DNA from: Planctomycetota bacterium
GTDB taxonomy: Bacteria; Planctomycetota; UBA1135; UBA2386
Length of the DNA: 64,000 bases
Assembly: GCA_965223545.1 (NCBI GenBank)
Contig: OZ245006.1
Coordinates: forward strand, 5,920,001 to 5,984,000
Direction of reading: 5' to 3'
The translations under genes were made by a program, and so were the position numbers. Positions 7,433 through 18,200 of this stretch are shown here, piece by piece (positions within the stretch are counted from its first letter, which is position 1; the number at the start of each line of letters is the position of its first letter). Below the pieces are notes generated by a model. That model did not search any database, had not been told where the DNA came from, and saw only the letters and a list, made by a program, of their open reading frames with translations.

Positions 7433-9373
7433 TCATGGGCGAAACGCGCGGCCGATGCGCGCGGCGGCGCGCAGGCACCACGCGCGGGCGGGTGGCGTCC
7501 GGCGCAGCGATCCCGGATGCCAGGCCGCGCGGTGTGGCCGGCGCAGGGCGCCCTCGCGCAGAGCCGGCCACAACGCGCGCCATCCATAGGGCGGTGCCAG
7601 CAGCAGGTGGCGCGTGTGTTCGCCGTGGCCATCCTCCCATGGAAACTCGCCCAACACCGCGGCTTGCTCGGCGGATGGATACAGCCACAGCTCGTGCAGC
7701 GTTTCCAGCGCGATGGCATGCAGAGCGGCGTCCGGCGCGAGCAGGTCTTCGTCGGCGGGTAGCGCTTTTGCGAACGCGACGAGCGTGCGGCGCAACAGCG
7801 GCAAGCCCCAGTCGACCACCGGTTGGTTGGGCGCCGCGCAGAGCGGGGTCACGGCGTCTTCGGCGCCGCGTTCGTAGCCGAGCAGCGTGCCGTGGTCGGC
7901 GGCACAGAAGGCCTCCAGCGCGATGACCGCGAAGCCCGGCACGCGTTCGGTGAAACGGTGCGGTGTGCGCATGGCGCGTTCGCGGCCGTCCTCGATCCAG
8001 GAGTAGTAGAACGCCTCGGGAGGGCGCGCGCCGCAGTGTCGCATCGCCGCGGTCAGCGACTCCTGCAGGTTGCCGTGGCCGACCAGCTCGACGATGGCGT
8101 GACGCCTGTCGTCGTCGAGAACCCCCTCGGTGCGAAGGTGCGTGCTCCAGCACTCGAGCCGCGCGGCGGCCGCCGCCGCGATGCGCCGGCGCGCGCCCGG
8201 CTGCGCCAGGCCGTCGCCCAACGCGCGCAGCGCATCGCCGTGCAGCGGGTCGTCGACGGCGGCGGCGGAGATGCCGGCGCCGGCGAGCAGGCGCGGTAGG
8301 TCTTCCGGCGACAGGCCGACGCGGGCCAGCAGCGCCCGCGCGGTGAGGCCGTCGCTGTGGTCGAAGATCCAGGCCAGGTCGCGGTGCGCGCCGCAGGCGT
8401 AAGCCGGCAGGTTCCAGGCCTGACGGCTGGCGAGCAGGTAGCGCAGCTCGATGCCGATGCCGAGCTTGGTCGCCAGCACCTGCGCCAGCTCGAGCATGAC
8501 CTGACCGTCGCGCGCCAGAAACCACAGCGTGTCGATGCGCAGCTCTTGCGCGCGGCGCAGCAGCCAGAGGACGTAGGGCACCAGCAGCGGGGCGGCGACG
8601 GCAGCGGCCAGGTTGCGCAGGCTCGCCTGGCGCGCGTCGGTGACGGCGACCCGCAGGCGGGCCTCGCGGGCGGCTCCCGCGAGCAGCGCGGCGCCCCCGT
8701 GCGTGCGGTCGGCAGAGCTCTCGAGCAGCCGTTCGAGCGGCGACGGATTGGCGGCGGGGGCGTGCTCGGCCCGCAGGCCGAGTTCCGCCGCTGCCTCGAC
8801 GTCGTGGCGGCGGTGGTTGCCGCGGTGCACCACCTGCTCGGCGCGCACGCCGCCGGCGCTGAGCAGGGCGGCGTAGATGCCGCCGTCGTCCTTGTTGAGG
8901 CCGGTCTCGCTCGACGCCAGCACCAGGTCGTCGCCGCGCAGCACGTCGAACCGCGCCAGCTGCGCCGACAAGAATTCCGCCGGCCACGGCGTGTCGGAGA
9001 CGAAGGCGACGCGCTCGCCGGCGCGGCGCGCCGCCGCGACGCGGGCGACGCCGTCCGGCACCGGCCGCAACAGGCGCGCCTCCAGCGCGAGCTCGGCGTC
9101 GTGCACGCGGTCGCGCGTGCCGGCGTCGAGCTGCAGGGCGGTGCCGAGCTCGTCGTGGATCGCGCGCAATCGCACCTGCTCGCCGTTGGCGAGCGCGGTG
9201 CGGTAGGCGCGGACCTCGGCGGCGCGCCGGGCGGCGGCGAACGCCTCCGGCGAGCACTGCACCACTCCGTCCGCCAGCAGCTGGCGACCGAGCAGCAAGA
9301 AGATCGACTGCGGGTGGGTCACCGCCCGCATCAGCACCGTGTCGAAGACGTCGAACGAGCGCAGGGTGGTCAA
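7433..9373 (-). CDS. HAD-superfamily hydrolase-like protein of polysaccharide loci
   Basis: N-terminal SFDVFDT (HAD motif I), FVSDT, GLNK, VHRGN..HDV, and a second domain with FLARDG; TTG start overlaps the upstream GT4 stop. Confidence 0.75.
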   Translation of the reverse strand: MTTLRSFDVFDTVLMRAVTHPQSIFLLLGRQLLADGVVQCSPEAFAAARRAAEVRAYRTALANGEQVRLRAIHDELGTALQLDAGTRDRVHDAELALEARLLRPVPDGVARVAAARRAGERVAFVSDTPWPAEFLSAQLARFDVLRGDDLVLASSETGLNKDDGGIYAALLSAGGVRAEQVVHRGNHRRHDVEAAAELGLRAEHAPAANPSPLERLLESSADRTHGGAALLAGAAREARLRVAVTDARQASLRNLAAAVAAPLLVPYVLWLLRRAQELRIDTLWFLARDGQVMLELAQVLATKLGIGIELRYLLASRQAWNLPAYACGAHRDLAWIFDHSDGLTARALLARVGLSPEDLPRLLAGAGISAAAVDDPLHGDALRALGDGLAQPGARRRIAAAAAARLECWSTHLRTEGVLDDDRRHAIVELVGHGNLQESLTAAMRHCGARPPEAFYYSWIEDGRERAMRTPHRFTERVPGFAVIALEAFCAADHGTLLGYERGAEDAVTPLCAAPNQPVVDWGLPLLRRTLVAFAKALPADEDLLAPDAALHAIALETLHELWLYPSAEQAAVLGEFPWEDGHGEHTRHLLLAPPYGWRALWPALREGALRRPHRAAWHPGSLRRTPPARAWCLRAAARIGRAFRP

Positions 9374-10644
9374 CGCCTCGCCTCATCGAGTAGCTGCGCG
9401 AAGAGAGTCCGGTAGGCGTCGGCCTCGGCAGACGCGGCGTGTCGTTCGACGGCTCCGCGCCGGGCGGCCGTGCCGAGCGCGCGCGCGCGGTCGCGATCCT
9501 CGAGGAGCCACGCCAACCCATCGGCGAGCGCGTCGGTGTCCAGCGCCGGGACCAGCACTCCGTTGTCGCGATCGCGGATCAGGTCTGCGACCCCGCCGAT
9601 GTCGAAGCCGATGCTGGGCAGGCCACAGGCCAGCGCCTCGATCAGCGTCGTCGGCAGGTTGTCCTCCCGCGACGGCAGCACGAACGCGTCGGCCGCCGCG
9701 TACGCCCGCGCCAGCTCGTGCGGGTCGTCGATGCGGCCCAGCGCGAGGACGCCGGGCACGTCGGCCGCGCCGGTCGGTGCCGGCCCGAACGCGAGCAGGA
9801 TCAGCTCCTGCGCCAGGTCCGCGCGCGTCTGCCGCAGCCGGTGCAGCGCGCGCTGCAGCAGATCGAAGCCCTTGCGCGGGATGTCGCCCCAGGCACCGAA
9901 CAGCAGCACCGGTGCGTCGCGCGGCAGGTCGAGCGCGGCGCGGCACTCGGCCTTCGACCGCGGTGCGAACACGCTGAGGTCGATGCCGTACGGGATGACT
10001 TCGATGCGCTGGTCGGCGAACAGCGCGCTGCGCGCCGCGCAGCGCGCCAACCACTGGCTCGGCGCAACCACGGTCAGCCGCAGTCCGCGCCAGAGCGAGC
10101 GTTTGGCGGCGAAGCCGCGGCGCGAGGGGTCGTCGTCGGAGTCGCTGCCGAGGACCGGACAGCGACCGCAGGCGGTGGTGTAGCCCTCACAAGTGCCGCT
10201 GTAGTGACAGCCGCCGGTGAACGGGGCCATGTCGTGCAGCGTCCACACCAGCGGCTGCGGCAGGCGGGCGACGCTGGCGGGGTGGACGAAGTCGGCGGCC
10301 ACCCAGTGCAGGTGGACGACGTCGGGCCGCATGCGGCGCACGGTGCGGTGCACGCGGCTCTGCAGGGCGTGCGTCGAGAACGCTCCGATGCCGGGGTCGG
10401 CGAAGCCGTCGAGCGCGCGTCGCCGCAGCCGCGGGCCGGCGCGCCGGCGCAGCGCCCGCACCGGCCGCGCGGGACGGTGATGCGCGACGTGCGGATCGGT
10501 CGGGTCACCGCGGCCGGTGGCGGCGACCAAGACCCGAGAATCGACGCCCAGGGCGCGCAGCTCGCGGTGCAGGCGCGCCGCGGCGCCGCCGGCCCCGCCG
10601 GCGAGCGAGGTCGACAACAACAGTGGGCTCAGGGGGGCGTCCAC
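9370..10644 (-). CDS. Glycosyltransferase family 4 (WcaC-like)
   Basis: GGAGGAAARL, VHLHW, WTLHDM..FTGGCHY, VVAPSQWL and PSREDNLPTTLIEALACG motifs. Confidence 0.92.
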   Translation of the reverse strand: MDAPLSPLLLSTSLAGGAGGAAARLHRELRALGVDSRVLVAATGRGDPTDPHVAHHRPARPVRALRRRAGPRLRRRALDGFADPGIGAFSTHALQSRVHRTVRRMRPDVVHLHWVAADFVHPASVARLPQPLVWTLHDMAPFTGGCHYSGTCEGYTTACGRCPVLGSDSDDDPSRRGFAAKRSLWRGLRLTVVAPSQWLARCAARSALFADQRIEVIPYGIDLSVFAPRSKAECRAALDLPRDAPVLLFGAWGDIPRKGFDLLQRALHRLRQTRADLAQELILLAFGPAPTGAADVPGVLALGRIDDPHELARAYAAADAFVLPSREDNLPTTLIEALACGLPSIGFDIGGVADLIRDRDNGVLVPALDTDALADGLAWLLEDRDRARALGTAARRGAVERHAASAEADAYRTLFAQLLDEARR

Positions 10645-10681
10645 TAGGAGCGAAACCGTAAAGCCGGGGGCGATGCGCTGG

Positions 10682-11980
10682 CTATGACGGAGTCAGCCGC
10701 TCGACCGGCGCGGCGCTGAGCTGCACGGCGCCCCAGGCCGCGTGCCACTCGCTGGCGCCCCGCTCGCCGCGGTCGGTGGCCAGCACCTCGAACGGCAGCA
10801 GCTCGCGCACGATGTCGAACTCGCGGCGCGCGTTGCGGTGGTCTCCGGTGCCGACCGACAGGTTGATCGCATAGCTGCCCGGCGCCAGCCGGCAGCCGTC
10901 GGCGCACAGCGTCAGCACGAATTCGGCGCGCTCGTCGGCCGCCATGCCGCCGGGCGCGGAGGCGAACACGGTGCCGACCGCGATGCCGTCGAGGCGCGTC
11001 AGCGTCATGCCGAAGCGCAGCGCCGGAATCGCTTCGGCGGCGCGCACCGCGATGCGCAGCCGCAGCGGCTGATCGGCGGCGAGGATGGGCGCGTCGAGAC
11101 CGTCGAGCGCCACGCTCTCCAGGCGCGCGCGGCGACTCAGCCAGTGGAACGGCCGCGGTGCGTCGCGCACGTCACACGCCACGGTGGCGCGGCTCCGCAG
11201 CGACGAGAGGTAGCTCTGGATCACCGTGCCGGTGGGGCCGTCGGCGGCGACCCGGCCGCGGTCGATCCACAGCGCGCGGTGGCTGAGCTGTTGGATCGCG
11301 GCCAAGTCGTGGCTGACCAGCAGCACCGTGCGTCCCTCGCCGGCGACGTCGCGCATGGTGCCGAGGCACTTCTTCTGAAATGCCGCGTCGCCGACCGCCA
11401 GCACCTCGTCGACCAACAGGATCTCCGGGTCGAGGTGGGCGGCCACGGCGAAGGCCAAGCGCACGAACATGCCGCTCGAGTAGCGCTTGACCGGCGTGTC
11501 CAGAAACTCGTCGACCTCGGCAAAGGCGGCGATCGCGGCGAAGCGCTGGCGGATCTCGCGCCGGCGGAGGCCGAGGATCGCGCCGTTGAGATAGATGTTC
11601 TCGGCGCCGGTGAGCTCGGGGTGGAAGCCGGAGCCGACTTCGAGCAGCGACCCCACCCGGCCGCGCAGCTCGATGCGTCCGCGGGTGGGCGGAGTGATGC
11701 GTGAGAGCAGCTTGAGCAGCGTACTCTTGCCGGCCCCGTTGTGGCCGACCACGCCGAGCACTTCGCCGGGCTGCACCGCGAACGACACGTCTTCGAGCGC
11801 CCAGAACTGCTGGCGGCGGGGCGCATTCCGCCGCCGGCGCAGCACCGCGCGGGTGCCGTCGGCGATGGTCTCGCCCAAGGTGCGGTCGGCGTGCGCGCCG
11901 CCGCGGACGTAGCGCTTGCCGAGGCCTTTGACGTCGATCGCCGGAGCGCGGCTCGCGGATCCTTGGACAGGTGCACTCAT
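10682..11980 (-). CDS. wzt: Polysaccharide ABC exporter ATP-binding subunit with C-terminal Wzt_C domain
   Basis: GHNGAGKST, GSGFHPELTG, YSSGM and LLVDE motifs; the true start MSAPVQ at 11980 overlaps the wzm stop. Confidence 0.93.
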   Translation of the reverse strand: MSAPVQGSASRAPAIDVKGLGKRYVRGGAHADRTLGETIADGTRAVLRRRRNAPRRQQFWALEDVSFAVQPGEVLGVVGHNGAGKSTLLKLLSRITPPTRGRIELRGRVGSLLEVGSGFHPELTGAENIYLNGAILGLRRREIRQRFAAIAAFAEVDEFLDTPVKRYSSGMFVRLAFAVAAHLDPEILLVDEVLAVGDAAFQKKCLGTMRDVAGEGRTVLLVSHDLAAIQQLSHRALWIDRGRVAADGPTGTVIQSYLSSLRSRATVACDVRDAPRPFHWLSRRARLESVALDGLDAPILAADQPLRLRIAVRAAEAIPALRFGMTLTRLDGIAVGTVFASAPGGMAADERAEFVLTLCADGCRLAPGSYAINLSVGTGDHRNARREFDIVRELLPFEVLATDRGERGASEWHAAWGAVQLSAAPVERLTPS

Positions 11981-12804
11981 ACGACGTCGGCGAAGGTCGA
12001 CTCGACCCGGCGAAAGTATGCGGTGCCGGCGGCGAGCAGGACCGCGGTCGCCGCGGTCGACACCGCCATGGCCTGCCAGTCGACGGCGACCGTCGGCAGG
12101 ATCGCGGCGCGGTGCGCGGCGAGGACTCCGGCCATCGGGTTGAGCGCGGCTGCCCAACGCCAATCCGCCGGCACCTGATCGAGCGGCCAGATCACCGGGG
12201 TCGCGAACATCCACAGCTGCAGAGTGAACGGCAGCACGTAGCGCACGTCGCGGTAGCGGACGTTGGCGGCGCCGAAGAGACAGGCGGCGCCGGTCGCCGC
12301 GGCGAACGCCAGCGCCACGGTCAGCGGCAGGACCGCGATCTCGATGTCGACGGCGAGGTCGTAGTACACCATCAGCACCACGAGCAGGGCGATGGCGATC
12401 GCGTAGTCGACCAGCGCGGCCAGCGTGGCCGCCAGCGGCAGGAAGATCCGCGGGAAGTGCACCTTGGTCAGCAGGCGGGTGTTGTTGACCAGGCTCTGAC
12501 CGCCCTTGGAGACGCTGTTCTGAAAGTAGAACCAGAGCAGCAGGCCGGCGTAGCTGAACACCGGGTACGGAACGCCCTGGGACGGCATGTTGGCGAGTCG
12601 ACCGAACAGCACGGTGAACACCACCATGGTCAGGGCGGGTTGGAGCACGGCCCACGCGGCGCCCAACACGGTCTGCCGGTAGCGCACCACGAGGTCGCGC
12701 CAGACCAAGAAGCCGAGCAGCTCGCGCCGTTCGACGAACTCGGCCCAGCTGGCGCGAAAGCCGCGGCTCGGCTCGATCACCGTGTGCGGTTGGGCGTCAT
12801 GCAT
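11977..12804 (-). CDS. wzm: Polysaccharide ABC exporter permease
   Basis: RDLVVRYRQTVLGAAWAVLQP, KVHFPR, YRDV, TPVIWP and LNPM motifs; multiple transmembrane helices. Confidence 0.94.
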   Translation of the reverse strand: MHDAQPHTVIEPSRGFRASWAEFVERRELLGFLVWRDLVVRYRQTVLGAAWAVLQPALTMVVFTVLFGRLANMPSQGVPYPVFSYAGLLLWFYFQNSVSKGGQSLVNNTRLLTKVHFPRIFLPLAATLAALVDYAIAIALLVVLMVYYDLAVDIEIAVLPLTVALAFAAATGAACLFGAANVRYRDVRYVLPFTLQLWMFATPVIWPLDQVPADWRWAAALNPMAGVLAAHRAAILPTVAVDWQAMAVSTAATAVLLAAGTAYFRRVESTFADVV

Positions 12805-12832
12805 GGCGGGCCAAGTGATAGCCTACCCGGCC

Positions 12833-14047
12833 GTGTCGACGCCGCCGCGTGCTTCTCGCCCCCTGCTCCGCCGCGTCTTGTGGTGGGTGGTGGCGGTGGC
12901 GCTGGTGGTGGCGGCGCTCGAGTTGGGGCTGCGCGCGGTGGCCGCGCTGTCGCCGAGGGTTGCCTTCCTGCTGTCGGTGCACGCGGTGGCGATCGAGAGC
13001 GACGCGGCGCTGGGCACCCGGTTGGTCCGCGGCTTTCCCGAGCACGACGAGCTCGGCTTCCGCAACGCGCCGCGCGAGGGGCCGCCCGAGGTGGTCGTGC
13101 TCGGCGATTCGCAGACCTACGGCACCAACGTCGAGCGCACCGCGGCATGGCCACAGCAGGTCGGTGGCACCGAGGGTGGGCGGGTCTACAACATGGGCAC
13201 CCCGGGCCACTGTGCGGTGCAGGGGCTGCTGCAGGTGGAGGCGGCGCTGTCGCTGTCGCCGCGCGTGGTGATCAGCACGGTGTACGCCGGCAACGACGCC
13301 TACGACGCCTACGTCCAGCTGCGCGACCGACGCTGCCCGGTGGAGTTGGCGGGCCACCTCGATGCGGCGAGCGCGGCGCGGGACCGGCAGCAGGGAATCG
13401 AGGACCGCATCGGCGCCGAGTTCACCGCGGCGTTCGGCGCGGCGACCCCGGCGCCGCCGCCGGCCGGCTTGCGCGGGCTCTTCGCGCGCCACAGCGCGCT
13501 CTACGGGGTACTGCGCGCGCTGCGCCGCGGCCTGCGGCCGCCGCGCTCCCCACCGGCGTGGCCGGCCGTGCGGGCGGCCGCCGCGGCGCGGCCGGGGCAG
13601 CTGGTGGTGGACGGCGCCGTGCCGACGATCTTGACCCCGGCCTACCGGCGGTGCGCGCTGGCCTACGACGACCCGCGCCTGGTCGCGGGCATCCGGATTC
13701 TGCAGGCGGCGCTCGGGCGGACCGCGGAGGCGGTCCGCGCCAGCGGCGCCGAGCTGTGGGTGCTGTCGATTCCGACCAAGGAGCGCGTCTACGCCACGGC
13801 GGCCGGTGCCGCCGGCGTGCGCAGCCCCGCGCTCGAGGCGCTGGTGCGCGACGAAGAACGACTGGTGGCCGAGCTGCGGGCGTTCTGCGCGCAGCGCGGC
13901 CTGCGTTGGCTGGACAGCTTTGCGGCGTTGGCGGCGGTGTTGGAGCGTGGCGAAGCGCCGTACCCGCACACCGCCGATGGCCACCCCAACCCTCGGGGTC
14001 ATGCCGCGATCGCCGGCGTCGTCCGCGCTGCGCTGGAGGCGTGGTGA
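12833..14047 (+). CDS. Membrane-anchored SGNH/GDSL-family hydrolase or acetyltransferase-like protein
   Basis: N-terminal TM helix (ALELGLR), LGDSQTYG block I, NMG, GND, DGHPN. GTG 12833 chosen because TAGCCT lies 8 nt upstream. Confidence 0.78.
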   Translation: MSTPPRASRPLLRRVLWWVVAVALVVAALELGLRAVAALSPRVAFLLSVHAVAIESDAALGTRLVRGFPEHDELGFRNAPREGPPEVVVLGDSQTYGTNVERTAAWPQQVGGTEGGRVYNMGTPGHCAVQGLLQVEAALSLSPRVVISTVYAGNDAYDAYVQLRDRRCPVELAGHLDAASAARDRQQGIEDRIGAEFTAAFGAATPAPPPAGLRGLFARHSALYGVLRALRRGLRPPRSPPAWPAVRAAAAARPGQLVVDGAVPTILTPAYRRCALAYDDPRLVAGIRILQAALGRTAEAVRASGAELWVLSIPTKERVYATAAGAAGVRSPALEALVRDEERLVAELRAFCAQRGLRWLDSFAALAAVLERGEAPYPHTADGHPNPRGHAAIAGVVRAALEAW

Positions 14048-15294
14048 GAGTCGCGCTCCTCCACCAGCCGTTCAACGACCCGGTGCCTCCGGTGCGCGCC
14101 GGCTCGATCGCGATCTGGACCGATCGCGTCGCCAGCCAGCTCGCCGAACGCGGCGATGTCGATGTCGTCGTCTACGGTGCCGGCGCGGCGCGCGGGGTGC
14201 AGGCGAGCCGGCACGGTCGAGTCGAGTTGCGGCAGGTGTCGGTTCGCGCTGACCGGCGCTGGATCGGCTGGCGACGGCGCCGCAGCACGGCGCCGGGTCG
14301 GCTGCCATACTTCGTCGCGCCGTGGTACTTCCGTGGCTACGCCCGTCGCGTGGCGCGCGACGCCGAGGCGCGCGGCTGTGGGGTGATCCACGTGCACAAT
14401 GCGCCGGCGATGCTGCCAACGCTGCGGCGCCACAGCCGCGCCGCCCTGGTGCTGCACATGCACTGCGCCTGGCTCGCGCAGATGCCCCGCGCCGCGGCGC
14501 GCGCCTACTGCACGCACGCCGCCGCCATCGTCGGCTGCAGCCGCAGCATCACGTCTGCCACGGTCGATGCGATGCCCGAGCTGGCTCCGCGCTGCCACAC
14601 CGTGGACAACGGCGTCGACCTCGACGTGTTCCGGCCGCGCGACGCTAGCGTGCTGCCGCCACAGCCGGCGCACCTGGTCTACGTCGGCCGGCTCTCGCCG
14701 GAGAAGGGGGTCCACGTGCTGATCGAGGCGTTCGCCGCGCTCGCCCGGCGCCGCGCCGACGTCGTGCTGACGCTGGCGGGTCCCGCCGCGGTCGCGGCCC
14801 GCGAGTTCATTGTCTTCGAGGGTGGCGATCCGCGGCTGCGCGCGCTGTACGACGGCCCGGCACCGCCCGACGTCGCGCGGGCGCTGGCGGCGCTGCCCGA
14901 TGCGATCCGCGCGCGTGTGCGCTGCGCCGGCGCCCTGCCGCACGACGAGGTCGGCGCGCTGTACCGCGCCGCGACGATCGCCGTCGTGCCCTCGGTCTGG
15001 CCGGAGCCGTTCGGCATGCCCGCGGTGGAGGCGATGGCGTGTGGCGTGCCGGTGGTGGCCTCGCGGACGGGCGGCTTGCCGGAGACCATCGTCGATGGCG
15101 AGACCGGAGTGCTGGTCGAGCCCGGGGACGCCGGCGCGCTGGCGGCGGCGCTCGAAGAGCTGCTGCGCGAGCCGGGGCGCGCAGCAGAGTTGGGGCGCGC
15201 AGCCCGTGCGCGCGCCGCGCGCTTCGCGTGGGACGCGGTGGCGCGGCAGGTGACCGCGGTCTACGCGGCGGCGACTCGGGGTCGGTTGCCCTAG
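14044..15294 (+). CDS. Glycosyltransferase family 4
   Basis: IHVHN, NGVD, YVGRLSPEKG and PSVWPEPFGMPAVEAMACG motifs; GTGA overlap with the upstream gene. Confidence 0.92.
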   Translation: MRVALLHQPFNDPVPPVRAGSIAIWTDRVASQLAERGDVDVVVYGAGAARGVQASRHGRVELRQVSVRADRRWIGWRRRRSTAPGRLPYFVAPWYFRGYARRVARDAEARGCGVIHVHNAPAMLPTLRRHSRAALVLHMHCAWLAQMPRAAARAYCTHAAAIVGCSRSITSATVDAMPELAPRCHTVDNGVDLDVFRPRDASVLPPQPAHLVYVGRLSPEKGVHVLIEAFAALARRRADVVLTLAGPAAVAAREFIVFEGGDPRLRALYDGPAPPDVARALAALPDAIRARVRCAGALPHDEVGALYRAATIAVVPSVWPEPFGMPAVEAMACGVPVVASRTGGLPETIVDGETGVLVEPGDAGALAAALEELLREPGRAAELGRAARARAARFAWDAVARQVTAVYAAATRGRLP

Positions 15295-18200
15295 CGGCGC
15301 CAGTCCGGCAGTCGGCCTGGCGTGTCGCCGGCGCCTGCGGCCTCGAGCTGGGCCTCGATCCGCGGCAGCTCCTCGCTGGCCATCGCGCGCAGGCGAGCCA
15401 GCACCGGTTCGAACGCGGCCGCGGCGTGTTCATAGGCGTCGCGCTCGGTCTGCGTGGGGGCCGACGAGGTGTAGAGCTGTGCGCTGGCGACGTTCTCGAC
15501 GCGCGCGCGGATCGACAGCGGGGCCTCCTTGTTGCGCGTGCTGAGCGAGCGGTCGCCGCTGAGCGCGTCGCGCAGCTGCGCCAGCTCGCGGTGCAAACGC
15601 TCGATATCGGCCAGCAGCGCCAGGTCGGCGGTGCTGCGGCGCACCGCGACGCGGCAGTGTTCGAGCCGGCTCTGCAGCTCGCCGAGCACGCGCGCCGTGG
15701 CGCGCACCGCGCGGCGCAGGGCGACCACGCGCTGCTGGAACGCCAGCACCTCCGCGCGATCGGCGGCCGGCAGAGTCGCCAGGCCGAGCGGCTCGACGCG
15801 GAACGGCACCGCCGGGGTCAGCGCCTCCACTTGGCCACCGACCTCCCGCTCGACGGTAGCGGTGAACTCGCCGCCCAGCACCAGCGGGCCGGCGTCGGGC
15901 ATGCCCCAGGGCTCGGGGGCGTCGCCGCCCTCGAGCTCGATCGAAGTCGCGCGTGGATAGCGCAGATCCCAGGCGACGCGGTGCAGTCCCTCGGTGCGCG
16001 GCGCGTCGACGCGGCGGACCACCGCCCCGTCGGTGGCGCGGATCGTCACCCATACCGCCGGCTCGTTCTCGCGCGCCTCGGCGCGCATCGCCGCGTCGGT
16101 CGGGAACGGGTGTGCCTCACCGGCTTCGCGCGCCTTCTTCTGCGCCGCCTGGCGGCGCTCGGCCAGCGTCTGCAGTCCCTCGCCCAGGTGCAGCGTCAGC
16201 AGCGCGCCGAACGGCGGGTTGGGCGCGGCGAAGTAGGTCGACCCCTGGGATCCCAGGCCCGTGTTGAGCCCGAGGCGGCTGCCCTCGATGTAGAGCGGCG
16301 CCGGCCGCACGGCGAACAGATGGGCGCCGGCCTCGAGGTTCGCTGAGGTCATCGCGCGCAGCGACGTGTAGTCGTCGAGCACGTAGAAGCCCCGCCCGAA
16401 GGTGCCGAGGATCAGGTCGTTCTCGCGGCGCTGGATCTCGAGGTCGCGCACCGCGATGGTCGGCAGCCCGCCGCGCATTCGAAGCCAGCGTTCGCCGCCG
16501 TCCAGGGTGACGTAGACGCCGAACTCGGTGCCGCAGAACAGGAGGTCGTCGCGCACGTGGTCCTCGGCCAGTGACCACACCACGTCGCGCGCGGGCAGGC
16601 CGTCGGCGAGCGACCGCCAGCTCGCGCCGTAGTCCTCGCTGACCAGCAGGTAGGGGCGGAAGTCGCCGTTCTTGTGGTTGTTGAACGCGGCGTACACGCG
16701 GCCCGCGACGTGGCGCGAGGCCTCGAGGCGGCTGACGTAGGTGCGTTCGGGGACTCCCGGGAACGTGTCGATCGCGGTCCACGATCCGCCGGCGTCGCGG
16801 GTGACGTGCACCAGGCCGTCGTCCGTGCCGACGTAGACCACCGCCTCGTCGAGCGGTGACTCGGTGAGCGCCACGCTGTTGCCGTAGACCGAGGTCGATG
16901 CGTTCTTGGCGACCGCGTCGACGTCCTGGATCCGGCCCATGACGGCGAGCTGATCCCGGTCGATGCCGCGGGTGAGGTCACCGCTGATCGCGCGCCACGA
17001 ATCGCCGCGGTCATCACTGCGGAACAAGCGATCGCCGGCGAAGTACAGCCGGGCCGGATCGTGTGCGCTCAGCAACAGCGGAGAGTCCCAGTTCCACACG
17101 ATCGGCGGCTCGCCCGGCGCGTGCCGCGGCTTGATGTCGGTGATCTCGCCGCTCTTGCGGTCGTGGCGCACCAGCCCGCCGTACTGCCACTGGGTGTAGA
17201 CGATGTCCGGATTGGTCGGGTCGACCTGCGCTTCGTAGCCGTCGCCACCGACGGTGACGAACCAGTCGTCGTTGGTGATCCCCGCCAAGCTCGTGGTGCG
17301 CGACGGTCCGCCCATCGAGTTGTTGTCCTGCGTGCCGCCGTAGATGTTGTAGAACGGTTCGGCCTGGTCTGCGCTGACGCGGTAGAACTGGCCGAGCGAC
17401 AGGTTCTCGCAAAAGTCCCAGTGGGCGCCACCGTCGTGCGTCTCGTAGATCCCGCCGTCGCCGCCGATGAGCATGTGGTCGGTGAACCCGGGGTCGATCC
17501 ACAGGGCGTGGTCGTCGACGTGGCGGTGCAGATTGCCGACGCGTTGCCAGGTCTTGCCGCCGTCGCGCGAGCACGTCGTGTAGGTGTCGAGGCAGTACAG
17601 CGTGTCGACGTCGTGCGGGTCGCAGACGAGCTCTTGGTAGTACTGCGGGCTGGTCGCCACCTTGTCGCTGCGCTTGGTCCAGCTCTCGCCGCGGTCGGTG
17701 GAGCGGAACACTCCACCCTCGCCGCGCTGCGCCTCGACGATGGCATAGAGCACGTCGGGGTCGGCCGGCGAGATCGCCAGGCCGATCCTGCCGAGGTCGA
17801 CTTCCGGCAGGCCGCGGGTCAAGGGCCGCCAGGTCGCGCCGCCGTCGTCGGTCTTGTGCAGCCCCGACCCCGGCCCGCCGTTGATCAACGTCCAGACGTG
17901 GCGCCGCCGTTGGTACATGCTGGCGTAGGCGACGTCGGGGTCGCGCGGGTCGAGGTGGACCTCGTTGGCGCCGGTGTCGTCGTCGACGAACAGCACCCGC
18001 GTCCAGCTGGTACCGCCGTCGATGGTCTTGTAGACCCCGCGCTCGCCGCCCGAGCGCCAGAGCGGGCCCTGCGCGGCGACCCAGACGGTGTCGCTGTCGG
18101 TCGGATCGATCGCGATGCGGCCGATGTGCTCGCTGTCGCCCAGGCCCGTGTTCTGCCAAGTGGTGCCGCCGTCGCGCGAGCGATAGACCCCGTCGCCCCA

